A stretch of DNA of 57,335 bases from a virus. Taxonomy: Duplodnaviria; Caudoviricetes. Position 1 is the stretch's first letter, and each line of letters starts with the position of its first letter. Below are positions 46,673 through 54,912 of the stretch, in pieces. A model generated the notes under the pieces. It did no database searches and had not been told where the DNA came from. It saw nothing but the letters and a program-made list of their open reading frames with translations. A program made the translations under genes and the position numbers. Where the stretch lies: IMG/VR virus record IMGVR_UViG_3300037424_000877, positions 1 to 57,335 of that record. One strand, given 5' to 3'.

Positions 46673-46854
46673 GACGCCGGCTCTTTTCTGGTGGTTACCG
46701 TGTTCGCATGCTCCCAGTTTCTTACGGCCTTGACCAGCGAGCGGTGAAGGTATTCCGACAGCTGCGAGGTTACTGATTCTTCGTCAGGCAGGTAAGCTGC
46801 GCAACCGTAGCATTTTCCACTGTCCTCCCACTGAAGGGTTACGCGCACTGTCAC
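46669..46854 (-). CDS. hypothetical protein flanked by 16-bp direct repeats
   Basis: GTGA-coupled; ends EPAS. Confidence 0.6.
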   Translation of the reverse strand: MTVRVTLQWEDSGKCYGCAAYLPDEESVTSQLSEYLHRSLVKAVRNWEHANTVTTRKEPAS

Positions 46855-47051
46855 GACGCCGGCTCCTGGTCAGCGACCTCGAACGACAGGTGTGTCAAGT
46901 CCGGGTTGTCTGATAGGTACTTCTCGAGCTGGTCCCGACGGAACATGAAGTACCGCGCGTCGCGCACGGAGAACGTGACGCCCCCGTGGATGTCCGTCAT
47001 CATGACCTGGAAGTCGATCAGCTCCTCTGCGGTAGGGCCTTGGTCGCTCAT
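46851..47051 (-). CDS. hypothetical protein (start MSDQG)
   Basis: ATGA overlap; ends EPAS. Confidence 0.6.
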   Translation of the reverse strand: MSDQGPTAEELIDFQVMMTDIHGGVTFSVRDARYFMFRRDQLEKYLSDNPDLTHLSFEVADQEPAS

Positions 47052-47569
47052 TTCAAATTCTCCTGACACAACCGAATCGACTCTTTCAGGACCTGCTCGG
47101 GGTGCAAGAACGGCTTCGAGGCCGCTCGAGCGTCGATCTGCATGACGTTGAACAGCGCCTTGACGTCGAACTCGCACAGGTCGAACAGACTGTTCAGCTT
47201 GCTCATCTGCGACTTCAGAAACAGTCGATCGAACCCGACTCCGTACCCGCAAAGCGGTGTGTACCAGTCGACGTCTCGAATCACGCACTCGTTGTCCTGG
47301 AAGAAGCTGACGATCCGCACGGTCGCGTCGCCTAGCGTCTGCGCGATCTCTGATTGCTGCGTCTGCTGTAGTACCCCGTTTGCGGTGTGTCCCTCGACGA
47401 CCCTAGACGGGACATCGTCCGGGAGGTCGGTGAGCGCGATCGGGTAGTACCTGACTGCAACCAGATTGAAGTCACAATCTGTGACCGCAGCCGCGACACC
47501 GAGGATCTGGTCGTCGGGTTTGATCCCGGTCGTGGCCAGATCGATCCATCCTAAACAGCGTGTTGTCAT
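47048..47569 (-). CDS. oligoribonuclease paralog with degenerate active site
   Basis: WIDLATTG, HTANG, PLCG.GVGFDR.FL...M.KL..LF; DxE became DxA and the HxxxxD motif is lost. Confidence 0.75.
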   Translation of the reverse strand: MTTRCLGWIDLATTGIKPDDQILGVAAAVTDCDFNLVAVRYYPIALTDLPDDVPSRVVEGHTANGVLQQTQQSEIAQTLGDATVRIVSFFQDNECVIRDVDWYTPLCGYGVGFDRLFLKSQMSKLNSLFDLCEFDVKALFNVMQIDARAASKPFLHPEQVLKESIRLCQENLK

Positions 47570-47760
47570 GAGTCTTGACCTTTCGTCAAATTGTCAACTA
47601 GCTCGACAGCTTCCTCGACGGTATTCGCTCGTAATTGAGTCCCGCCTCCGATGCCTCCTACATCAACTAAGAATGTCGAACCTTCGAAGGCTTGGATCAC
47701 GGTCAAGCTCTTGCCGCCCAGCCTCGAGAACAGTTCCGCCACAGTCAACTCGTTGTTCAT
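47566..47760 (-). CDS. hypothetical protein
   Basis: coupled ORF. Confidence 0.6.
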   Translation of the reverse strand: MNNELTVAELFSRLGGKSLTVIQAFEGSTFLVDVGGIGGGTQLRANTVEEAVELVDNLTKGQDS

Positions 47761-48143
47761 ACTCTCTCTGCCTCCTTCGTTCTGCTTGCCCAGATCTTTT
47801 CGAAATCATGTGTGCACTGTCTCTTCGTCCTGAACACTGCACTGAGCGGGTTCTCTCCGCAAGAGATAAGTACCGAGCAGTGTGTAAAAAACCTCCGGGC
47901 TGCGTGTCGCTCGCAGGTCTTGACGAACTTTTCCGCCCCGACTGTGAACCCCGAGACCCACTTCATTCCGGTGTCGAGGTTGCCCGGAGGATCGAACAGG
48001 TTTCGCACGTTCTCGAACTCGGCCCCGAGCCGGATCCGCCGCAGGGTCTCGTCGCCCAGTTCCTGGAACGTGCTGGCCTCAGTGACGCAGCACATGTAGG
48101 TGAGCTCTTCTCCAGAGTCCTTGAAGGGTCGCGTCTGGGTCAT
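47757..48143 (-). CDS. hypothetical protein
   Basis: coupled ORF. Confidence 0.6.
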   Translation of the reverse strand: MTQTRPFKDSGEELTYMCCVTEASTFQELGDETLRRIRLGAEFENVRNLFDPPGNLDTGMKWVSGFTVGAEKFVKTCERHAARRFFTHCSVLISCGENPLSAVFRTKRQCTHDFEKIWASRTKEAERV

Positions 48144-48640
48144 GTCCAGTCTTTCACGGCAGCCATGACCGACATGGACATTCCCCTCATAATCGCCAAG
48201 TCGTCCGGGTGTTGCGTTTCTTCGTACGCCTGCGCCAGCGCTTCCATGACATAGATCGGGATCAGCTCGAATCTAGGTTTCGATGCGTTCTTGCGGTTCA
48301 GCGACGGGTCGACGTCGTCGCGTGTGATATCCGGCTCCAGGCAGACCCCGCAGTTCCAACGGGCGTGCGCGAGGTGCGGCAGCCCGGATTCGGGGTCTGT
48401 CTTCTCGCCGGCCAGTTCCCTGTAGATGTGCCGAAGCGCCGAACCCAGTGCGGCCTTCCTCTGCACACCGGCCCGGAACCCGTCCACGGAATATTTTCGC
48501 GCACCGAAACGAAAGACCTCTGTCTCGATCTCGTTAGCGGTCGGGAACTCGACGGCCGCAGACTTGATGTCGTCGATCGTTCTCGGAGCGAGCAGTTTCT
48601 GTGCAAGTTGTGCGACATTTATCTTACCAGTGCCGCTCAT
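48140..48640 (-). CDS. DUF5664-like (dATP/dGTP diphosphohydrolase-type) protein
   Basis: FGARKY...SALRH...GE.TDPESGLPHLAHA. Confidence 0.8.
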   Translation of the reverse strand: MSGTGKINVAQLAQKLLAPRTIDDIKSAAVEFPTANEIETEVFRFGARKYSVDGFRAGVQRKAALGSALRHIYRELAGEKTDPESGLPHLAHARWNCGVCLEPDITRDDVDPSLNRKNASKPRFELIPIYVMEALAQAYEETQHPDDLAIMRGMSMSVMAAVKDWT

Positions 48641-48837
48641 TTTGACACCTCCACGTCGATCGCTTCCAAAACCTGCACTAGTCGATCGCACTCTGGGGCC
48701 TTGTCAGCAAGCTCCTGTACGAACTCGCGCATCGAGAGCAGCGCGTTTTTCTTCCCGGTGACGTATGCAGCCGTCGTCGCGTTGATCAACGAGTCGTGCG
48801 CAACCGCAACGGCCTCTGCTAGAAGTTGGTTGTTCAT
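48637..48837 (-). CDS. hypothetical protein
   Basis: coupled ORF. Confidence 0.6.
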   Translation of the reverse strand: MNNQLLAEAVAVAHDSLINATTAAYVTGKKNALLSMREFVQELADKAPECDRLVQVLEAIDVEVSK

Positions 48838-49454
48838 ACCTTGTACCCGATCCCTTTCGCCCAGTTTTCTAACTCCTCGATACGCGCTGCTAAGGCCCGG
48901 ACATCAGGCTCCGGAGCTGCGACCTGAAGACACTGAGAATAGTACCTGTCGTAACAGATCTGACACCCGCGCAGGTAGACACCAACGTCCGCGGTGAAGT
49001 ACCCGGCCCTGGACAGCTCGTGCACGAACCCAGCGAGATCGCCTGCGAGACACTCGCTCCAGGCCGCCGCGTACCGGTTAGGCTTCCCGTTATCCGGTGT
49101 TGTGTCGACGGACAAGAAGGTCACCAAGGCTTTTGCGCCCTGGAAGACGTCTGGGTAGGCCGCGAATCGACACTGAGGATCGGGAGGCTGCGGGAAGATT
49201 TCCTTGCCGTTGATGATCTCGCTTGCGCCCTTCAAATACATGTGAGGTCGCGTGTCGGGGGCTTTGATGTTTCCGAAATTGTAGTTGTAGATCTTCGCCC
49301 ACCGAGCGGTCTCGAACGCGCTCTGTGCGACCAGACAGCACAGAGATTCGGGAGAGACGTCTTCCATTGACGCATAGAGCGCTTCGATCGCGACGATCGG
49401 CTCGAGGGCGGTTTTGGTGGTCTCTTTTTCGAGAACGTTGTTCGTGTAGGTCAT
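48834..49454 (-). CDS. endolysin, GH73 glucosaminidase-like
   Basis: AQSAFET, NYNFGNIKA, FAAY, RY, AGYFTA. Confidence 0.8.
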   Translation of the reverse strand: MTYTNNVLEKETTKTALEPIVAIEALYASMEDVSPESLCCLVAQSAFETARWAKIYNYNFGNIKAPDTRPHMYLKGASEIINGKEIFPQPPDPQCRFAAYPDVFQGAKALVTFLSVDTTPDNGKPNRYAAAWSECLAGDLAGFVHELSRAGYFTADVGVYLRGCQICYDRYYSQCLQVAAPEPDVRALAARIEELENWAKGIGYKV

Positions 49455-49801
49455 ACCGTCACCGCCCGCTCGTGGGTCCAGTCGATCGGGAAGTTGCAAT
49501 GACCGATAAAGCGCCCCGCACTTTCACACCAAATCGAGATTGTGTATCCGTCCGGCAACACCTCTTCTATCCGTCGTAATCCTTGGGTGATGATTGGGAA
49601 GTCGGAGAAACGGATCAGGTCGCCCTTCTTGAACTTCGGTTCGACGAATGGTTTGAAATCTTGCACCTCGGACTGGAACGCTCTAATTTTACCTCTAATT
49701 TTACAGCCCTCGACAGACAGGGTATATAGATCTTCCACTTCGATCACTTCGAATACGCGACCGTCCGACCCTTTGTACTTCTTCCCGACTTCTAGTTTCA
49801 T
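49451..49801 (-). CDS. two-SH3-like-domain protein, paralog A
   Basis: MKLEVGKKY...PKFKKGDL. Confidence 0.65.
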   Translation of the reverse strand: MKLEVGKKYKGSDGRVFEVIEVEDLYTLSVEGCKIRGKIRAFQSEVQDFKPFVEPKFKKGDLIRFSDFPIITQGLRRIEEVLPDGYTISIWCESAGRFIGHCNFPIDWTHERAVTV

Positions 49802-50289
49802 TTTTCCTCCTGAAATTTGCTACAATCGTTTCTGTTACAGATGTTGATCAAATCGCTTTCGAGCAGGCGGCTGTCCAGATGGTACTTGGCCTGCATGATC
49901 GACTCGGGGTCTTTTGAATGTCTCTTCACCCCGTACGTATGGACCAGCTCGTGTGTCAGGTACGCTGTGCTGTACTCTGGCACGGCGTCGTGGGACAGGC
50001 AAATCCACCGGTAGTAGGTGTCGGACTCGGCCCCTCGGCTGCCCGGGTCGCAGACAGTCACGCAACCGGCTTCGTGCCGCTTGCAGGACCCGTAGGACCA
50101 CGGGCGCTCGAGCCCGGTCGCCGCTTCGAGGCGCTGGACGGCCTGCTCCCACTGGGCTCGTCGCTCTTCGGGCAGATCGACCGTGAAGCTCCCCGGGACG
50201 CAGGCGAAGGCTAGCGGAGCGAGCAACGAAAAACAAATCACCCGCAGCGGACCCTGGATCACCCGCAGCGGACCCTGGATCACCCGCAC
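49798..50289 (-). CDS. Zn-metalloprotease-like lipoprotein, paralog A
   Basis: LAFA-C lipobox; HELVHTYGVKRH...SIM (metzincin-like). Confidence 0.7.
   Translation of the reverse strand: MRVIQGPLRVIQGPLRVICFSLLAPLAFACVPGSFTVDLPEERRAQWEQAVQRLEAATGLERPWSYGSCKRHEAGCVTVCDPGSRGAESDTYYRWICLSHDAVPEYSTAYLTHELVHTYGVKRHSKDPESIMQAKYHLDSRLLESDLINICNRNDCSKFQEEK
50237..50288. repeat. 21-bp tandem repeat, 2.5 copies
   Basis: ATCACCCGCAGCGGACCCTGG x2 plus partial. Confidence 0.95.
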
Positions 50290-50471
50290 ATTGACCTCCC
50301 CAACGCAAACCCGAAAACACTGACTAGCGGGATCAGGATCAGTAAGCACAGGACGATGACGACCACGTAGGGCAAGTCTGATTTCTCACTCTTTTCCAGC
50401 ACCAGCTTCGGAGGGGTTTTCGCTGAGTGGACGGTTCTCGGCGGTGGCAGTGGTAATGGTGGCAGGTTCAT
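50280..50471 (-). CDS. small membrane protein with Pro-rich N-terminus
   Basis: PPLPLPPP; one TM. Confidence 0.6.
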   Translation of the reverse strand: MNLPPLPLPPPRTVHSAKTPPKLVLEKSEKSDLPYVVVIVLCLLILIPLVSVFGFALGRSMCG

Positions 50472-50812
50472 TTCGTGCTCCCGATCCGGAAGTAGATGTG
50501 CTCGGCTTCTGCGAAGGGCATTTTCGGGACCGCAGCTGGGTGATTTCCTGTGAGATCCTCGGACAAGGAATAACGCCCCTCGGCGATCTTCAAAACCTCC
50601 CGGACCGCAGAGAGAGCGCCGCTGTAAAGCAGCAAGTCCCCGACGGCGAACTTTGGGTCGCGGACTTCCACGTAGTGTCCGTTAAAAGTCGCTGAGACGT
50701 CGCCCCGATCGCCCCAGGCGTTTGTCCAGGTGTAATATTCAGTAACCTTCTCGACTTGTATCACTCTTCCGTTTTGTGTGTTCAAGTACTTCTTTCCGAC
50801 TTCCATTTTCAT
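50468..50812 (-). CDS. two-SH3-like-domain protein, paralog B
   Basis: MKMEVGKKY...PKFAVGDL. Confidence 0.65.
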   Translation of the reverse strand: MKMEVGKKYLNTQNGRVIQVEKVTEYYTWTNAWGDRGDVSATFNGHYVEVRDPKFAVGDLLLYSGALSAVREVLKIAEGRYSLSEDLTGNHPAAVPKMPFAEAEHIYFRIGSTK

Positions 50813-50827
50813 AATTTCCTCCGTTTT

Positions 50828-50877
50828 AGGGCCGGTCGTGGCAGAGGCGCAATGTCTACTCCACGACGACCGGCCTT
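50828..50877. terminator. intergenic hairpin
   Basis: GGCCGGTCGT...ACGACCGGCC. Confidence 0.4.
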
Positions 50878-50883
50878 GTCTAA

Positions 50884-52113
50884 TTAGCGCCGCTTTACCT
50901 TCGAGTCAAGTACCTTGTTTTGCTCACGTACCCAAATGGGGCTCTTGCACGTTTTTCCTCTGGTGCTGTCGAGCAGGTAGAACGCCTGCTGTGGCGGCTC
51001 GGGGCTCGCCTTGATGCTCATCGCGTAGGCGTTATACCCGATCAAGCTCCCGTTCACGAGAACGTTCCCGGTGTCGATATATTGGTGGAAGTGTCCGAAG
51101 TGGTGATAGTCGCTCTTCCTGACTCGGTCCCACTGTGCAACGGCCTTGTTCAGCGGGATTGTGATCCCGCCCACGCCCCCGCCGTAGGCGACTTCGTCGC
51201 CGTGGTGAAAGTGTAGTGTGTAGTCGTACACCTGGACGTACTGGTGTCCGCTCGGGTCGGCCAGCACATCGACGCGCTTGTTACCTGCGTAGTGCTGGGC
51301 CAGGTGCTGATACATTCCCCACTCGTAGCTGTGGTGCGCTCCAGTGGCCCGTCGTGGCTTCAGCGTGTCGCGCCCGTGGTTGCCGTACGAGCACACTAGA
51401 AGAAGCCTCTCGAGGCCGTTCAAGGCGAGCAGCTGGTCGACACCGGCAACGAGTCGCGGGAAGATCCAGAGCATGGTCGCAATGGGCGCCATGACCGTGG
51501 TTTCCTTCAGCTCGTCGTGGATGTGTCCGGACCCGAGGTCCCCGCCGAACCAGAGCACCAGATCCCGGATCTTGAACCCAAGTCCGTCCCTCTCTCGGTG
51601 AAACTTGATCAGCCACTCGACCCCGCTGAAAAAACGCCCCAGAGAGGCCTCTGCAATGGTCAGGTTGTACTCGTTCCGAAGCGGGGTGTCCCCGATCTTC
51701 ACGATTTCATCCACGTGGCAGTCGCTCAGCAGCGCGACCGCAGTCGCTTCCCTGAGGTTCGACCCGAGCTCTCTGCGCTTGACGGGTTTCAACGCGGCCG
51801 ACGCCAGCGCTTCGCGAAGCGCGTTCTGCTCGCGGAACGTACTGAGTTCCTCGACCAGTTGCCGGTTCTCAGTGCGCTCTCGTCCGAGTTGCTTCTTCTC
51901 GGCTGCACGCTCGACGGGGTGAACTTGCTTGACCGGTTCCGGAACGCACCGCACGTCCAACCTGCGCATGCGAGACGACAGCGCGTCGTACGAGATGTCG
52001 AACCCTTGGATCAGCAGTTGATCCACAATCTCTCCGCGCGTTGAGTACTTTTTTGCCAGCAGCATGATCTGCCGATCGATCTCGATCGACAGCTTGGATT
52101 TCTTCGAACTCAC
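50884..52113 (-). CDS. calcineurin-like metallophosphoesterase with N-terminal HTH/coiled coil
   Basis: SDCH, GGD, GNHG, HHGD, GHFH, NGSL.G. Confidence 0.88.
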   Translation of the reverse strand: MSSKKSKLSIEIDRQIMLLAKKYSTRGEIVDQLLIQGFDISYDALSSRMRRLDVRCVPEPVKQVHPVERAAEKKQLGRERTENRQLVEELSTFREQNALREALASAALKPVKRRELGSNLREATAVALLSDCHVDEIVKIGDTPLRNEYNLTIAEASLGRFFSGVEWLIKFHRERDGLGFKIRDLVLWFGGDLGSGHIHDELKETTVMAPIATMLWIFPRLVAGVDQLLALNGLERLLLVCSYGNHGRDTLKPRRATGAHHSYEWGMYQHLAQHYAGNKRVDVLADPSGHQYVQVYDYTLHFHHGDEVAYGGGVGGITIPLNKAVAQWDRVRKSDYHHFGHFHQYIDTGNVLVNGSLIGYNAYAMSIKASPEPPQQAFYLLDSTRGKTCKSPIWVREQNKVLDSKVKRR

Positions 52114-52445
52114 GCGCGCTCCGTGTGATCGGGGTAGATCAAGACCGCTTCCCTGCCTCTGACTTCAAAATGCGGAGTGGGGACAAACGGGATTGGTTGG
52201 TCGATCCCTTGCAGCATGTCGCTGTTGGCGTCGTTCGCGCCGTCAACGAAACCTTCTTCATAGTCCGCGTTGGCGTCCTGTTGCAGCTGCTCCGCGACGA
52301 ACAGCGCTTCGTGCCAGAGTTCGACTTCGTCCTCTGAGCAGATATCGTACACCGCGCGGACCGCCAACACGATCGCGTCGTAAATCTCGCTTCTCGTCGG
52401 TCCTGCAATCTGTTTCGCTTCTTCTGTCCGTTCGTATTTGCTCAT
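52110..52445 (-). CDS. acidic hypothetical protein
   Basis: coupled ORF. Confidence 0.6.
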   Translation of the reverse strand: MSKYERTEEAKQIAGPTRSEIYDAIVLAVRAVYDICSEDEVELWHEALFVAEQLQQDANADYEEGFVDGANDANSDMLQGIDQPIPFVPTPHFEVRGREAVLIYPDHTERA

Positions 52446-52615
52446 CTGGTCTTCTCCTGTCGTTGATCAATGTGCTCGTTCAGACGCTTCAGGCCGCTGT
52501 CGATCTCCTTGACGATCTGCTGGGCTTGTCGGTCGCCTTCGAGGTGCCTGTTCCATCGCGCGGTCTCGTACTGGGCTTGTTGTACTGCCTGCCTTACGCT
52601 GTCTGCTTTGGTCAT
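52442..52615 (-). CDS. 57-aa hypothetical protein (below ORF-track cutoff)
   Basis: MTKADSVRQAVQQ...; ATGA overlaps at both ends. Confidence 0.55.
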   Translation of the reverse strand: MTKADSVRQAVQQAQYETARWNRHLEGDRQAQQIVKEIDSGLKRLNEHIDQRQEKTR

Positions 52616-52920
52616 TTCAACACCTTCCTCAAAATCGTCCGAGCCCAGGCCACAATGTTCAATTCCTCGTCGGTGAGTGTGCTCAGGTCCACGGTCTTCT
52701 TCGGGTTCGACTCCTCGAACTCTTGCAGAGTAGTAGCAAGCTTTTGGACCTCTTTCAACGACATTCGCTGATTTGGGTCCCTTGCCGCCTCGAGTGATTT
52801 ATTCAGTTCTAGGCGGAACGTCTCCTTGAGGATCTGTGACGGTGTCGGGTCGGGTGGGAGCTCGGTCGGGAGCAGCGGTGTCCCCTCGTCGTCCCGGTTG
52901 CGTGTGAGTTGTCTTCGCAT
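52612..52920 (-). CDS. hypothetical protein, possible terminase small subunit
   Basis: C-terminal VDLSTLTDEEL motif, often seen in small terminases. Confidence 0.4.
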   Translation of the reverse strand: MRRQLTRNRDDEGTPLLPTELPPDPTPSQILKETFRLELNKSLEAARDPNQRMSLKEVQKLATTLQEFEESNPKKTVDLSTLTDEELNIVAWARTILRKVLK

Positions 52921-53022
52921 TTTTCTTCACAATCCTTTTGAGAATGCTTCCGATCGCTCGTCGTTGTCTTCGGTTGTGTTTCGGAGGTGTAGGCCTTGGC
53001 AGGAAGTTTTCCGTAGGTGCCA

Positions 53023-53229
53023 TCATTTCAGCCGCTCGCAGTCATCGAACTGCCCTGCCCAAATGCGAACTGCGATCTGTGCGTCTTCCAGGCATTCCTC
53101 TACTGATCCCGGATTGTCGGATCGTGCCTCTTCGACGACGATCCTCGAGTAGATCTCCCACTCGAGCCGGAGGCGCCATTGCTCTCTGTCGAGCCCCGGT
53201 GCTGGGTAGACTGCTGGATCGACGGTCAT
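53023..53229 (-). CDS. hypothetical protein
   Basis: coupled ORF. Confidence 0.55.
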   Translation of the reverse strand: MTVDPAVYPAPGLDREQWRLRLEWEIYSRIVVEEARSDNPGSVEECLEDAQIAVRIWAGQFDDCERLK

Positions 53230-53987
53230 GGCGTCACCGCCCTCTTTCTCATGTCCGCCATCGCGTCTTCGTTCGACGCATAGAAGTCAGGCACAGGCAA
53301 ATCAGGATAGGTGCTCGCGTAGATGATTGCCCCTGCGACGTTCCAACCGAACAGCTGTTCAAGAACGCTCCCGGCCTGTCCTGCGAGTGTCACGGCCCAT
53401 CCGGCTCGGCAGTGGGTTGTGGCGCAGGTGTGTACGTCTGCCATGTCGAGATCCCCGCACGTGTCGATCATTTCCAAAATTCTTCGATCGAGCCCAGGCA
53501 GTATCAAGGTGCATGGAAGCGTCGCCCCGGACAGGTTCGCCCCGGACAGGTTCGCCCCGGACAGTTTCGCCCCGGACAGTTTCGCCCCGTAGAGGTTCGC
53601 CCCGGACAGGTTCGCCCCGTAGAGGTTCGCCCCGGACAGGTCCGCCCCGGAGAGGTCCGCCCCGGAGAGGTCCGCCCCGTAGAGGTTCGCCCCGGACAGT
53701 TTCGCCCCGTAGAGGTTCGCCCCGGACAGGTAAGCCCCGGACAGGTAAGCCCCGTAGAGGTTCGCCCCGTAGAGGTCCGCCCCGGAGAGGTCCGCCCCGG
53801 AGAGGTCCGCCCCGGAGAGGTTCGCCCCGGACAGGTCCGCCCCGGACAGTTTCGCCCCGTAGAGGTTCGCCCCGGACAGGTCCGCCCCGGACAGGTCCGC
53901 CCCGGACAGGTCCGCCCTGGACAGTTTCGCCTCGCGGAAATCCCGCTCGCCTTCGCCGTACCGCTCAATTAGTTCTGCGCCGTTCAT
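53226..53987 (-). CDS. pentapeptide-repeat protein with C-terminal CxTTHCRAGW domain
   Basis: GERDF followed by more than 25 A(D/N)L(S/Y)G repeats (15-bp units at about 53521-53935). Confidence 0.9.
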   Translation of the reverse strand: MNGAELIERYGEGERDFREAKLSRADLSGADLSGADLSGANLYGAKLSGADLSGANLSGADLSGADLSGADLYGANLYGAYLSGAYLSGANLYGAKLSGANLYGADLSGADLSGADLSGANLYGANLSGANLYGAKLSGAKLSGANLSGANLSGATLPCTLILPGLDRRILEMIDTCGDLDMADVHTCATTHCRAGWAVTLAGQAGSVLEQLFGWNVAGAIIYASTYPDLPVPDFYASNEDAMADMRKRAVTP

Positions 53988-54115
53988 GGCAGCACCGCCT
54001 GCGCGAGTCGGATCCCGATCGTTGCCGCGAATGTAGTTATGCTCACTGCAGTAAACAGCAACAACGCTATCCAACACAGTGAAGCTCTCAACGACATCAA
54101 TTCTTTTGTTTGCAT
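53984..54115 (-). CDS. 43-aa membrane peptide
   Basis: strong RBS; hydrophobic. Confidence 0.5.
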   Translation of the reverse strand: MQTKELMSLRASLCWIALLLFTAVSITTFAATIGIRLAQAVLP

Positions 54116-54615
54116 TTTTCCTCCTTGAGTTTGGTGCACCGTGTGCGCTTGCAAGTCTCTACCAGGGCCGCGACGTCGATGCAACTGCTTCCTTGATCAA
54201 AATCTAGGATGCCTCCCGATTTCGTGTGATCTGACCCGAAAAGGTGCATAAGCTCATGGACCATTACGTTCTCAGTGTAGTCTTCCTCAATCCAAATGGT
54301 CTTCGTCAGGTCCAGAGAAAGCCCCTCGGTGACCGGCCGCTCCTCTGTGAGCACGATGCAGTTCGGCATTGCCAGTTGTCCGCCGCGCGTGACCAGCTTC
54401 GGCGCGTCACACCAGGCGTAGCGGATACCTACGTGCAGCCCGGTTGCGCGCTCAAGCCTGGCCGCTGCGAGCTCGAATTTCACGACGTCCTCCGGCTCCC
54501 AATAAGAAGGCGACGCATTTAACGTGAAAATAGGCTGTTTATGCGGTGTTTTGGCCGGTTCTGAGCGATTTACACACGAGATCAGGGCTATTATCGTCAA
54601 TAAACGGCGGATCAT
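54097..54615 (-). CDS. Zn-metalloprotease-like lipoprotein, paralog B
   Basis: LIS-C lipobox; RLERATGL; HELMHLFGSDH. Confidence 0.7.
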   Translation of the reverse strand: MIRRLLTIIALISCVNRSEPAKTPHKQPIFTLNASPSYWEPEDVVKFELAAARLERATGLHVGIRYAWCDAPKLVTRGGQLAMPNCIVLTEERPVTEGLSLDLTKTIWIEEDYTENVMVHELMHLFGSDHTKSGGILDFDQGSSCIDVAALVETCKRTRCTKLKEEKCKQKN

Positions 54616-54620
54616 GCCCT

Positions 54621-54649
54621 ATTATGGCAGATTTGTGTGTTTTAGTCCA
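54621..54649 (-). promoter_or_regulatory. sigma70-like promoter (leaderless)
   Basis: TGGACT-17-CATAAT with extended TG, 5 nt before ATG. Confidence 0.55.
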
Positions 54650-54702
54650 ATACTTCCACACTCCGTCCATTCGGTCGGAAGATCCGTGCCAGTTGCCGAC
54701 GA

Positions 54703-54796
54703 GTGTTGCACCGAACGATATCCACGCGGATTTTAGTGTTGCACCGAACACGATATGGCCTGGTTGGGTTGGAACTGTATGTGTTGCACCGAACAC
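54703..54796. repeat. three direct repeats GTGTTGCACCGAAC(AC)
   Basis: at 54703, 54736 and 54781; inverted partial copies at 55195 and 55212. Confidence 0.9.
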
Positions 54797-54864
54797 TGTC
54801 GAGCGCCGGGGAAGTAGGTGTTGGTCCCCCACGCCGCCATTCAGCTCACATCAAAATTCCAGTC

Positions 54865-54912
54865 CCTATGTAATGACCATACGTGACCCTATGTGGCCAT
54901 ACGTGACCATAC
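54865..54912. repeat. 10-bp periodic repeats (GACCATACGT-like); second block at 55299-55333
   Basis: GACCATACGT GACCCTATGT GGCCATACGT GACCATAC. Confidence 0.85.

Noticed and set aside
4699-48640. 2-aminoadenine (Z-genome) pathway suggested by HD hydrolase, DUF5664-like protein and PolA
   Set aside because: No PurZ/adenylosuccinate synthetase-like ORF was seen; both hydrolase families are common without it.
54703-54796. CRISPR array
   Set aside because: Repeats are only 14-16 bp, spacing is irregular, there are three copies and no cas genes.
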